Shown: positions 1 through 12,419 of the stretch, piece by piece
How the letters are laid out: the number at the start of each line of letters is the position of its first letter
Position numbering within the stretch: the first letter of the stretch is position 1
Source: the human T2T-CHM13v2.0 reference genome, Homo sapiens
Strand: one strand, 5' to 3'
Length of the DNA: 64,000 nucleotides
NCBI RefSeq assembly: GCF_009914755.1
Contig: NC_060936.1
Made by a program: the position numbers and the translations under genes
The notes under the pieces: model-generated
Seen by the model: the letters and a program-made list of their open reading frames with translations, nothing else
What the model was told of the DNA's origin: nothing
Databases searched by the model: none

Positions 1-362
<362 letters not shown>

Positions 363-694
363 TGAATGTCTTTTCTTGATTTCCAATGCCACTGGTAGGG
401 TTAAGAACTTGTCTTTCCTAGTACCTCTCCCCTTCTTCAACTCTGGGTAGTCTCTGTGTAGTAAAATATACATATTTAACTAAGAAATAAAACATGCTAT
501 TTTGTTGTTCTTTTTATTCTCATTTCCTTGACGACTACTGTGGCTGACAAGTTCTATTCATGTCCTTTGCTCATTTTTATTCCTACCCGTCTTAGTGGTC
601 CTTTTGCTAATTGGCATACTCGTTATTACATAAGGGTAAAATATATTAATCCTTGCCTTTGCCCTTGTTGAGTATATATTTCCCAGTCTATCTT

Positions 695-721
695 GTGTGT
701 GTATGTGTGTGTGTGTGTGTG
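695..721. repeat. (TG)n microsatellite
   Basis: tgtgtgtatgtgtgtgtgtg... seen directly. Confidence 0.9.
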
Positions 722-1015
722 TTTTGTTTGTTTATTTTGAGACAGAGTCTCGCTCTGTCACCTAGGCTCAACTGTAGTGCCATCACAGCTCATTGCAGCC
801 TCAACCTCCTGGGTTTATGTGATCCTCCTACCTCAGCCTCCTGACTAACTAACTGGGAGTACAGGGCATCATGTCCCACTGACTTTTGTATTTTTTGTAG
901 AGACGGGGTTTCTCCATGTTGTCCAGGCTAGTCTTGAACTCCTGAGCTCAAGCGACCCTTCCACCTCGGCCTCCGAAAGTGCTGGGATTACAGGCGTGAG
1001 CCACCATGCCTGACC
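722..1015 (-). mobile_element. AluJ
   Basis: J-type motifs (cacagctcattgcagcctcaacctcc; ctcaagcga). Confidence 0.85.
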
Positions 1016-2574
1016 TATCTTTTGTTTGGTTATGTATTTTTATATGAAGGTGTTTTAAATTGTGTGCAGTGAAATCTCTTAACTCTTACGACTTCTTCAG
1101 TTACTCCCAAGTTTGAAAAGTTACACTGCCCCTAGAAATTTGACAAATATTTATTTTATTTTCTCTTGTTCTTTTAGGGTTTGATTTTTAAATATAAAGT
1201 CTTCATCCACTTGAAATGCATTGGGATGAATGTGTGACATAATGACTTTTCTGCCAAATATCTAACCAAGTATTCTAACACCATTGATTGAATTATTCTT
1301 CTCTTCCACATTATTTCGTGGTGCCTTTTTGAAAAAATAGACATGAAATTATTATATATAATCCAGTCTATATCTCTTATAGACCCTACTGTGATCTCTG
1401 TTCTTGGAAGACTATTTCAGTTATTGCTTTGGAATTTTCTACAATGTGGAACTCTTCACCATCATTTGTCCACCCTACCAAGAACACATATACTGACTTT
1501 TTAAAGTTAATTACTATTCATCTTTGTTCATGTAAACTTTAAAACATTTTCCTTTTCTTTTTTCCCCCATTGGAATTTCATTTGGGAGCCATTAATCCAT
1601 AAGTGAGTTTGTGAAGAACTGACATCTTAAGACGTTTCTTAAGTTTTCCAGTCTGGCATACCCTCCCATTAATCAAAGATTGATTAATGGAACTCAATTT
1701 TGACTCTCTCAGTAAAGTTTTGGGTTTTCTTTATAGAGGTCACGCACATTTCTTGTAAAAAATTACTCCCAGGTACTTTGCTACTTTATCTTTTTCTTGC
1801 TGCTGCAGCTGGAATCTCCTTCTCATTATATTTCCTAATTGCTTCTCAGTGGTATGTAGAAATGCTACTGATTTGCACAAAATGCATTTAGCTCTTATTC
1901 AGCCTTTTAATTTAAATTTTTATTTTTTTTACTACGTGTCCTATCTTTTGTCAAGGAGAAGCATTCATGAGAAGAATGTTTCTGTATCATTTACAAAATT
2001 CATCGTTGCCATGTTACTATGCCCTTCAATGAAAGATAAACACAGATTTCTTTAATGATGCAGAGTTATATCAGTGTCCTCTGTATCCCTGGTCCTTGAA
2101 GCCCTGTTTTCCTTTCCACCTCAAGGCCGGCCCTGCAGTTCCAGCTGCTGCCCACAGCTGTCACTCAGGAATGCTCTTTCCTGACCCCAACTGCTGCTCC
2201 TTGCTTGTGTCCTTAGTGGTGCAGTTCCTGCCTTTGGCCCTGGGCTTGGCCAACCCATTCTGAGAGCCATTCATGGCCTATGGAGTTTTGGCCTCTTGGT
2301 CTCTTGGTCTTCATGAAGCCACTCTCTGGTTCTGGTGTCACCAGATGCTGCTACTGAGAGACTCCTTGGCTCCAATTGTCCTGCTCTCCTGGGTGTCCTT
2401 CTAGCCAGAATAAACTCTGGCTGTCCTTTGGAGGTGAGGGTCTAGAAGCAAGAGCTCATTTTGTTTCATTTTGTTTCCCCCTGAAATTTAAAGCTAAAAT
2501 TGTGACTATTTAGCTTACCTCATGTTCACCCCTCTTTTATGGTTTTTCATCTTAATCTTTTTTCATTGCCTTGT

Positions 2575-2900
2575 TTTATTTATTTATTTATTTATTTATT
2601 TGAGACAGAGTCTCACCCAGGCTGGAGTGCAGTGGCAAGATCTCGGCTCACTGCAACCTCCACCTCCCCGGTTCAGGCGATTAACCTCTGCCTCCCGGGT
2701 TCAAGCAATTCTTCTGCCTCAGCCTCCCGAGTAGCTGGGACTAAACACGAGCGCCACCACGCCCGGCTAATTTTTGTGTTTTTAGTAGAGACAGGGCTTC
2801 ACCATATTGGCCAGGCTGGTCTCGAACTCTTGACCTTGTGATCCACCCACCTTGGCCTCCCAAAGTGCTGGATTACAGGCGTGAGCCACCACGCCCGGCC
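2575..2900 (-). mobile_element. AluS with (TTTA)n tail and internal 28-bp duplication
   Basis: Full dimeric antisense Alu. Confidence 0.9.
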
Positions 2901-3227
2901 CTATTGCCTTGATTTATATATGATTGAGTATCATAAACCACCTCAAATCTTTTCTTAAAATAGGCAAGATATAAGTCGTAAGTCATACCATACGCAGATG
3001 GTACTGTTAAATAAATCATACCATAAACACTATCTGGATTAACAAGATTTAAAAAAGAATAAAACAGTAGGGAAAGGACACCTACAAGTGGTACCGTATG
3101 ACCAATTTTCCATTCAGAAAACAGGCTAGAATAACTTTTGGTGTTTATACACGTATGTATATATGTGTATATATGTATGTATGTATATATAGTGGTGTGT
3201 GTACAGGTTGGTATTCAAAACACATTT

Positions 3228-3524
<297 letters not shown>

Positions 3525-3590
3525 ACATACCTTCATGCACAGGTGATATTAAAATATTTTAAAACAATATGGTAATTGAAATTAATCTAT

Positions 3591-3945
3591 GAGTCGGGTG
3601 TGATGTATTGAAATTAAAATTAATCTATGGCCACCATTTTGGGAGGCTGAGGGCAGAGCAGATCACCTGAGGTCAGGAGTTCAATACCACTCTGGCCAAC
3701 ATGGTGAAACCCCATCTCTACTAGAAAAAAATACAAAAATTAGCCAGGTGTGGTGGTGTGCGCCTGTAGTCCCAGCTACTCGCTACTCAGGAGGCTGAAG
3801 CAGGAGAATTGCTTGAACCCAGGAGGTGGAGGTTGCAGTTAGTCGAGATCATGCTGCTGCACTCCAGCCTGGGCGACAGAGTGAGACTCCATCTCAAACA
3901 AACAAAAAAACAAAAAAACAGAAAAAGAAAAAATTCTATAAAAAA
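3591..3945 (+). mobile_element. AluS with rearranged 5' end
   Basis: Dimeric Alu; part of left arm replaced by a copy of the flank. Confidence 0.85.
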
Positions 3946-3949
3946 GTAT

Positions 3950-4222
3950 AAATAAAAATTTAAAATACATTCCCTTTTATTCTGTAATAAAACTGCTTTA
4001 AATGATGTAAGTTGGAGTGCAAATAATGTATCCAATAATTTTAATAGTCTCTCAACTGTTTGTTGACTTTTAAAAATTAGTAGTGTGATCTTTCTTCTGA
4101 CCTTGCTGCACTGACAAAGTGATGTTCCCCTCTCAGCCATGATTTGATACAGGCAACTGCATCAAACTCTTCCAAGCACTTCCTCATTGAACTAGTGGTC
4201 ATTAGGTTTCCATAGCCAGGGA
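3950..4222 (-). mobile_element. Fossil hAT DNA transposon (Tip100/Arthur-like), transposase C-terminus
   Basis: Minus-strand translation LMTTSSMRKCLEEFDAVACIKSWLRGEHH aligns ungapped with my recollection of the hAT-derived KIAA1586 C-terminus (LMT.....K.L...DA....KSW....H). Confidence 0.55.
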
Positions 4223-4507
4223 CTTTGTTGCAGGCAGAGTGGCAGAGCCCGCCGCCTGCTATCGCAGCAGGTGCTGGATGCCAGTGCTTCCCACGTGGAC
4301 TAGACCCAGAGTGTTTCACCTCGACCCCTGCCCACGACCTGCAACCCTTCTTGGAAAGCAGGAAACAAGAGGGTGGGTCTCCTTGTTGTCGGAATACTCC
4401 TGGGCAAGCTCCTGGATCTGATTGAGGAAAGGGGTGCTACCACCTGCAGATTCCTGGCATCACTACCAATAGGACCCAGAACAAATCCCCAGCCTTCAGC
4501 GGATAAC

Positions 4508-4525
4508 TGCCACCAGGTGGCGCCA
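4508..4525 (+). promoter_or_regulatory. CTCF binding motif
   Basis: tgCCACCAGGTGGCGCca matches core consensus CCASYAGRKGGCRS at every position; CpGs retained nearby. Confidence 0.75.
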
Positions 4526-4719
4526 GCAGCAGTGGACCTGGACAGTTTGGACTCCTGCAACCCTGGCTGTTAAATCCTCAGTCACGTAACTAGCCTGGCA
4601 CTAAATGACCTCACATTTACACGATTGAATTTTTTGGACTTTACTTTCTGCGTTATGGGTGGGGGAGTTAAATTTTAGATTGTTATGAGGCTGTACCTTA
4701 ATTTTTTCTTTTCTCGTCA

Positions 4720-5232
4720 ATGTTGTATTTAGAAAAATTTGAAATCTAGAGAAGTGTTACAAGAATAGTACAGTGTTATAATGAACACCCATATACCTTT
4801 CACCTGGATTCATCAATTCTTAATATTTTGCTATAGTTTCTATTTTTTCTCTCCTTATATCTGTGTGTATATATCTTTTTCTGAGCCATTTGAAAATTAG
4901 TTGCATAATCGACTCTTCATCCGCCAATACTGCAGCATGTGCCCCTTAATAACAAGGACATTCTTCCATATAACCACAGTCTCACTCAGGAAATGTGACA
5001 TTAATGAAATATCATTATCTAACCTAGAGATACTAAGATTGAAAAATTGTCACAATAATGCCATTTTAATATACAGTTTTAAATCCAGGATCTAATAAAA
5101 AAGATCACAGACTGTATTTAGTTGTCATGATTCTTGAGTCTCCTTAATCTGGTGTGGTTCCTCAGCGTTATTTTCTTTTTTTCCTTTTATGAAATGACCA
5201 TTTTTGGAGTGTCCAGGCCAGTTTTATTCTAG
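4720..5232 (-). mobile_element. L1MC-type 3' end fragment
   Basis: aatgaacacccatatacc..ttcacctggattca; aacaaggacattct motifs of the L1MC4/5 3'UTR. Confidence 0.65.
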
Positions 5233-5449
5233 AAAGAAAACTGCTAGCCACTCACTTTAAAATTAATTCTAACACACACACAAACCTGGTTGGGGCTTCC
5301 TGGTGTGTTCTTCTGATCCCATTTTAACAAGTATATCCCACACACGAGAGATTGTAAAACAAAAAGAAATTAATCCCATGAAAACTGGCAGACCCAAGTT
5401 CATAAGGGACTCCATCTAAGTTAAGTCCCAATTAGTTCTATTAAATTGC

Positions 5450-5935
5450 TTCTAATAGGCATCTGGGTTTTGTCCAGTAACCTTCCTTTCACAGAGACAC
5501 TGCTTCGCTCTTCATGTGATCTCAGTGGGCTGTCAGTCACGGGACTCAACTCCCCACTGTGGTGACTGGTTTAAGGATAGATGCAATGTGACCTGAATGG
5601 AGCCAGCATCTCCCCTGAGAGATTACACATGGATTCTGAAAAAGAAAGGCTCTCTCTTCCTCTGGGATCATGAGATAAATGATAATGTTGGCTGGAACTA
5701 TTTGTGTTCAGCTTCCCGATTGTATAAGGGGAAGCTCTGCTGCAGAAGAGAATAAAGTTTACGACACACACAGAATGAAGCTGTGGCAAACTGAGATAAA
5801 AAGATCAATGAGGAGAGATGGAGTTAGTGCATGTGACATGGTTAGATCCATGGATCTAGCCATGCCTGAAGTTAGTTAGATGGTGCATACGTTGAGCTGG
5901 GTTTCTGTCTCTTGCAACTGAGTCTTGACCAATGG
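5450..5935 (+). mobile_element. MLT1 (J/K-like) MaLR solo LTR
   Basis: 3' end gagctgggtttctgtctcttgcaac..gagtcttgaccaat. Confidence 0.55.
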
Positions 5936-8900
5936 TGCTAATGATTTAAGGACTTGGTCAGAATCCCTTAGGGATATTTTTCTTTGCCACTGTGGAAGCC
6001 TAGATAAGTTACCAGGGTTCTTTGGCTATAGGTAAGGATCACAGTACTCACTTCAGAGGTACCTGTTGTGTAGATTAAGGAGATAACTAAGTAACCACTT
6101 CACAGTGCCTGGAGCATGCTAGGGAATCCATGAATGTTAGAAACCGGTACAAAAATCTGCCAGGCTTCTGCCATTTGCTTTGCGCCTTTGAATTTTCCCT
6201 CAGTCTCCCCAGATGAAAACCAGACTTTACTGAGAATAGTGCTTTGTCAGATAGTAATCATCACTCACTGTCAGCATCTTGGTTATAGTCATTCCATTTG
6301 TCCTATAAACAACATGAACAGATCATTAATATGCCTGGAGGATCTTCAGCATTTGACTAGTTATTATTTCTCCAAGTGAGAGAGAAGCCACTGGTGAGGC
6401 TAAGCAGCATTTAACTGCACTGGCACTTTTGGCAGCAGGCATTCCCAACTCAAGCTGAAGTGCAAGCAGGGGGAGGAGGTGGCAGGGAACAACACTGGGG
6501 TTGGTATGTTGAGTTTTTGCTACCCACTTGCACTCATTTTGGCCTCCTTTGTCCTCTTTCTGCAACTATTTCCAGAAGGAAATTTGTTCTGTCAGAACCC
6601 ACAATATCCTTATGTTTGCCGCTGTCAAAGGGGCTAGTGGCAAATACTCTTTTGGAAAAGCAAAATTCCCAGAAAAGAGATAATGAGGTTTATGTTTGCA
6701 CCTTCACAACTCAAGCATTTAACAGAGATTCCAGAATTGCAGAGTCTCACAATTGCTGCATTTTTCTTGGCTCCTGCTCTAAGGACCTCAGCAACATTAA
6801 GAAGTAGCCACCCCAGGTGGGAGCTGACATATATCCTGACTTGCTCAGGCCCAGGAGATCAGTGGAGGTGACACACAGTTGCTGGCTGGAGCAGGCTATC
6901 CCACGGCTGGGTTTTCAGCTGGCCTGGACTTTCTGCCAACTCCTTGGTGGGGTTGGAATGGGAGTGAGGGTGCAGCTGTGACCTTTCATGCCTGAAAAAT
7001 CTGCCTCAAGTCGGGAGAAAGTGCTGGGCTTGCTTTGTGGAGGTCAATCATCCTAGATGTTTTGGAGTTGAGGGCTGGAAGCAGGTGATTTCACTGTACT
7101 GCAATTCCAAGGGTCTTAGTTGCAGAGTAATCTCTTCCCCTGCTAGGATTCACTTGCATAGGGCAGGGACTGGTGGGTGGGCCTAGCAGCAGTCTCTTTG
7201 CTTAAAGAGCTATTAGATTCTCCTGGAAGAGTTCATCCTAAGGACAGAGATCAAGGCACACAATTCAGTCCAACAACAATGTCCAGGCAGGAGGAGTGGT
7301 TTGCGTATAGTGCAGCCCAGCTCCCAGGCACTCTCATCCGAAGCCTAGAGGAGGCGCTACGAGTAAAAACTAACAGCTGCTCTCACACATCTCACATCTG
7401 TGAGTATCTGAACACAAGTCAGCTTTCCTTTGGGCTACACTTGGTGTGGGGCGGGGGCTAAAAGGCACAGAAAGAAACTTTCCTCCCTCCTAACAGAGCA
7501 GCTGCAGGGTGGGACTCTAGAGGGTGCAGTAGGGAGGTGGCCGCAGTGGTGGGCCACAGGGAGGGCCCTGGGTGCAGCTCTGGTGGGACCCATAGCCTCC
7601 ATGGGAGCCAGTGCCCTCTGGTGGACACCAGCGGGAGTACTGTGCTGGTGCAGCTTGGTGAGCCTGAGACCTCCCCAAAGACCTCCATGGTGGCTATCAG
7701 ATGATAGCATAGGAGCTTGAACTGGTGAGCCCATGAGCTCCCCAACCCTGATTTTCCAGAAATAATTGGGAGAAATGTTAAGATGGACTCATGACCATAT
7801 AGTAATGAAGGGATGGTGGGAGAGATGTAAAGGAAATATGTCTTCCTACTGTCAATGTAAGCCCATTGTCTCTGTTTTACTCCCAAGAAGTGTGCCCTGG
7901 GGTAGAGGGAGAAAGGGGGCATAGGTGCCATCTGTAATTTCAAGTCCACTTATTCAGATGATAAATGGCTTGTGCCACAGAAGAGGGGAAATGAGAAATG
8001 ACACAGGGCTGTTTCACTTAATTGACAGAGAAGGAGAATTTGGAGGAAGCCTGGTTTAACGCCATGGTGCCCTCAACCAGCATCCAGGAATCATAAAGGG
8101 ACTTTGAAGGTCAACTCTTAGCTATACTTCAATTCCCACTGAGGACCAAGAATCTAGAGTTAACTTTAGAAATGTCTTGGGATTTGTAAGCAAAGATTCT
8201 GGTTTGAGCTGAAATATTAACAAGAGGAATGACCACACCTAAATTCACAAAATGTTTCAAGGTATTCATCTGCTCACTTGTATCAATAGCAGGTCAATTC
8301 CATGATTGGCAACAAAGTGAAGTAAATAGGAAGCAATAATACCCAGGTAGCTCCAATGCAGGCTTTTTAGAAATACCACGTGCAGAAATATTGATTATAC
8401 TTATTGTCCGTGTTAAATGTATTCTACTCTAGTAAGACTAATTTGTACACAGAAATGTAAATCTCTAATGTGATTGCTGAAGCCATAAGATTTGGGGTTT
8501 TTTTCTGATTTGATTCTGGGGTGGCACACTACAAAAGACACTCACTTTGTAATCAACCTGGTTTGTTCTGCTTTTCACTAGCTTGTGTGGCTTTAGGAGA
8601 TCATACCTCTCAGCTTCAGTTCTCTTACAGGTAAGATGTGGCTAATAACATCTTGCTGAGTTCCTGTTACTGTGTGCAAGAAAAAAGCATCCCTAAGTTT
8701 TAGTATCGGTTAATACAGTACAATATTTGTCATGACCTGATTTCAACAAAGTCTGTATAAGCAAAAATAGCTCGAATAATTACACATTGCAAATTAAGCT
8801 GACCACTGAAACTATAATGGCAGGTGCTGGCAATTAGAGCCTCAGGTTGGGTCAGCACTGTTTGCTCCCACTTTTCTATTGGGGATACAACTTTTAGGGG

Positions 8901-9383
8901 TGCTGAATATAAAGCTCAGCAACTCAAATCTGAATTACAGCAATTAGAGTTTTAAATTGTTTGAACTTTGATCTATCTACCAAGGTGAGATGATATCATA
9001 TCCTGGAGAAATAAAACCCAAATACTTGGATTAAGCACAAAGCAATATAGGGCTGTGATGATGCTTTATCGAGCATTTCAGAAAAACCAAAACCTGAAGA
9101 GGAAATGCGCGTTAAGTTCTAGTTACCCTGAGTTTCTACCTTTGCTTACCCTTTAAGTCATTCTCAATGACTGTACTTCATGCGTCAGGCCCACAAAACA
9201 TAGAGCCACCCCTGGCTAGGATAGGCAGTGTACCATGAGGGTGCAGAGATAAGACACTAGGTCAGGCTAGGATGTGAAACTTAAAAATGAGACTTGATGG
9301 ATGATAAGGAGGTTAGCTCCATAAATAAAGAGAGAGCAGTATAATATTCCAGGAAAAAGGAACAGTCTGTGTCAATGAGTGAA

Positions 9384-9440
9384 TAGATGATAGATAGATA
9401 GATAGATAGATAGACAGATAGATAGATAGATTGATAGATA
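9384..9440. repeat. (GATA)n tetranucleotide STR, interrupted
   Basis: gatagatagatagata...gaca...gatt seen directly. Confidence 0.95.
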
Positions 9441-9529
9441 AATACTCTTTGCCTAGAAATAAATGTATCTCCTAAATCTGGCTAGAGTTTATGCTAGTTA
9501 ATGAATAATACTGACCCTTCTCCCACTAG

Positions 9530-9790
9530 AAATAGCACAGTGGCTAAGGGCAGCATTGTACTGTGGATTGGTTAGATCCTGGTGTGTATCCTAGCTCTTC
9601 TGGTTAGTAGTTACCTAGGTGATCTAAAACTAGTTTTCTTCCTGTACCTTTTTAGTCCTTAGGTATTTCAGTTAAATAAAAATGAGGACATTAATATTTA
9701 ACTCATAGGGTTGTTGCAAGAATTAAACGAAAATTTGTAAAGCTCTTAGCACATTCTTGGCATGTAAGTAAGTCCATGTAGATTTAACCA
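9530..9790 (+). mobile_element. MIR
   Basis: Core taaaaatgaggacattaata..tcatagggttgttg..aagctcttagcac. Confidence 0.7.
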
Positions 9791-10176
9791 TCATCCATCA
9801 TCATCAGCAGGCGATTTCTATCCAAAAAAAAGCAGTGACTGAATGTTACAGCCACTTGAACAACATTTAACAAACACCAAGGTGAGCTAGGTAAACTCAA
9901 AAGCTGAGGGCACAGGGGCATCATCTGAAGATCTTTATTGGTCCAAACACATGCCTCAGCCTGTGAGACCAGGGACTGGTTGGGATTGTTGGCTTCTGAA
10001 GTGGCACAGAGAATTGGGCTTTATCCAGGCAATACAAAGAAGCAGAATGGTTCATCTAGAAGGAAGTTCAAGGGGTTGCTGTCCTTGGTAAGAGCCGACA
10101 CTGCGGACTGTAATGTTTCCCCTACAGAGAGAGTGGTGGCATGCCCACAAGAGACAAGTTAGAATGCTGTCTCTAG

Positions 10177-10480
10177 GTTGGGCGCAGTGGCTTACGTCTG
10201 TAATTCCAGCACTTTGGGAGGCTGAGGCAGGTGGATCATTTGAGGTCAGGAGTTCGAGACCAGCCTGGCCAATATAGTGAAACCCCATCTCTACTAAAAA
10301 TAAAAATAAAAAAATTAGCCAGGCGTGGTGGTATACACCTGTAATCCCAGCTACTTGGGAGGCTGAGGCAGGAGAATTGCTTGAACCCAGGAGGTGGAGG
10401 TGGCAGTGAGCCGAGATCTTGCCCACTGCACTCCAGCCTGGGTGACAGAGTGAGACTCCATCTCAAAAAAAAAAAAAAAA
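10177..10480 (+). mobile_element. AluS
   Basis: Dimer with poly(A); degenerate TSD aatgctgtctctag/aatactgcctctag. Confidence 0.9.
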
Positions 10481-11256
10481 ATACTGCCTCTAGAACTTAC
10501 TGGCTCTGTAACCTTGCATAAGTTATTTGATATCTTCTGTGTTTCTTCACATTTAAAATGGAGACACTCTACCACCTCCCAAGGTTGTTGTGGGCATTGG
10601 ACAAATGACTGAAAGCAACAGACGGAGTCGCTGTGATTGATGGTGGTGGTGTTACCCACAAGCATCCAATTCTTAGACAACTTGTTTTTCTCAGACAGCA
10701 GAATGCCTATAATAACTATTTCAGGGAAGATGAATTATTAATTTATTATATACTTAGATTTACAAGGAAGGAAGTTGGTCCCTTTAAAACAATAACATTG
10801 ATTTGCTTAAATAGCAGAAAACAGCACTCTTCCATCCTTATTTACAGACTCTGGAGTCAGTTCGAATACACAGTGTCACATTAGAGACATACATTCTGAC
10901 CTGCTGACAAAATATAAGGGTCAAAGGATCAATTAAGTCATCTTAACTCATCCGTGGCAGGGAAAATATTTCAGCTAAAACATGGATCTTGATTCTGAAA
11001 TGTAAGACAGCTGAGCTAAATCAGTTCCTGTATTCACAGAAAACAGCATCATTTCCTGGCTTGTTGCCCAGCCTTTGGAGGATGTGACTGATGAAAGGCA
11101 GGCAGAACCCCACGGTGGGAAAAGAGGAGAAAGAAATATTTATTAAGCACTTACTCTGGCCAGGAGGCCTACCTGGCCATTTCACACAAGTGGGTCACCT
11201 CACGTCTTTTAATCCCCAGAAACCTACAATTACTGCATGGAATGGAAAAGGTAGGA

Positions 11257-11423
11257 TCAGAGGCCAATTTACTGTCATTCTTCCGCCTCAGGACTCCTCA
11301 TTTACATGTGTCCCTTCTAAATAAGTACTCATTTTATACCTAAATTTGTAACTTATTATTTTTCTTAAAGCTGCCCCCAAATTGTACAAGCTTCTGGATC
11401 CACCAAGCCAGGATTCAGCCCTC
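11257..11423 (-). mobile_element. MER45A-like hAT-Tip100 MITE
   Basis: cccccaaattgtacaagcttc..ggattcagccct is the reverse complement of the recalled MER45A 5' end. Confidence 0.6.
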
Positions 11424-11605
11424 AGCAGGACAGAGAGAGTACCCTGGTCGTGGAGCTAGAAGGCTTCCAGGAGGTGTGTTCAAAATGAGATTTAAGCAAG
11501 AGAAGAATTTTTACTACACACAGAAGCGGAAGGCCAGGGGAAAGGTGGGCAAAGAAATTAGGCTATGAGAAGACCGGGGTTGGGGTGGTTTAAAACATCC
11601 CCATG

Positions 11606-11974
11606 TGATATGGGTTGGCTGTGTCCCCACCCAAATCTCATCTTGAATTGTAGTTCTCACAATCCCCACTTTATGGGAGGGACCCAGTGGGAGGCAATGG
11701 AATCATGGGGGTGCTTACCCTCATGCTGTTTTCATGATGGTGAGTGAGTTCTCACGAGATATGATGGTTTCATAAAGGGCTTTCCCCCCTTTTGCTTGGC
11801 ACTTCTCCTTGTGGCTGCCGTGTGAAGAAGGACTTGTTTGCTTCCCTTCCACCATGATTGTAAGTTTCCTGAGGCCTCCCCAGCCCTGTGGAACGGTGAG
11901 TCAACTAAACTTCTTTCCTTTATAAATTACCCAGTCTCAGGTATGTCTTTATTAGCAGGGAACAAACTAATATA
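11606..11974 (+). mobile_element. THE1 (C-like) solo LTR
   Basis: Starts tgatatggg, ends ctaatata; perfect 5-bp TSD CCATG (11601-11605, 11975-11979). Confidence 0.9.
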
Positions 11975-12254
11975 CCATGCATTCAGGAAGCGCGAATGCC
12001 AGAGAGCTGGATGGTTGTTGAGAAAGGTATGCTGGCTGGCAGGGGCAGCGGGAAAGGGATGGTGCAGTGAGGGAGGGGCAGGAGAGATGCTGGAGCCAGA
12101 ATAGGAAGGGATATTTGCACTGAGCTCTTCAGAATGTTGACTTCTATCCTGCATGCTAGAAGGAACAACTCAAAGATTTTCAGGAGCCATTGTTTTTTAG
12201 GATTACATTTGAGAAGCACCTCTCTGGCAGCAGGATGGAGGACTACCTGCAATT

Positions 12255-12365
12255 AGTGTGACCAACTCTCTAGCTTACCCAGGACTGTCTTGGTTTTAGC
12301 CCTGAAAGTTCTGTATCCTGGCAAACCCATCAGTCCCAGGGAAACTTTGATAATTGCTCACAACT
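12255..12365. mobile_element. MER81-like hAT-Blackjack MITE
   Basis: gtgaccaactc..ggactgtcttggttttagccctgaaagt..cagtccc; about 110 bp with degenerate TIRs. Confidence 0.6.
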
Positions 12366-12419
12366 GCCTGGAGTAGGGTGGGCCCAATGCCAAGAGGACT
12401 ACTTTGGAGATTGTCTCAG

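Larger units (their letters stand above)
500..1900 (-). mobile_element. Ancient L1M fragment, interrupted by (TG)n and AluJ
   Basis: Degenerate antisense L1 ORF2 motifs (ctattcatgtcctttgctcattttt; gaactgacatctt). Confidence 0.6.

Noticed and set aside
7177-7949. GC-richer block with overlapping 94-163 aa ORFs
   Set aside because: No splice structure or protein family recognised; possibly an old LTR I cannot name
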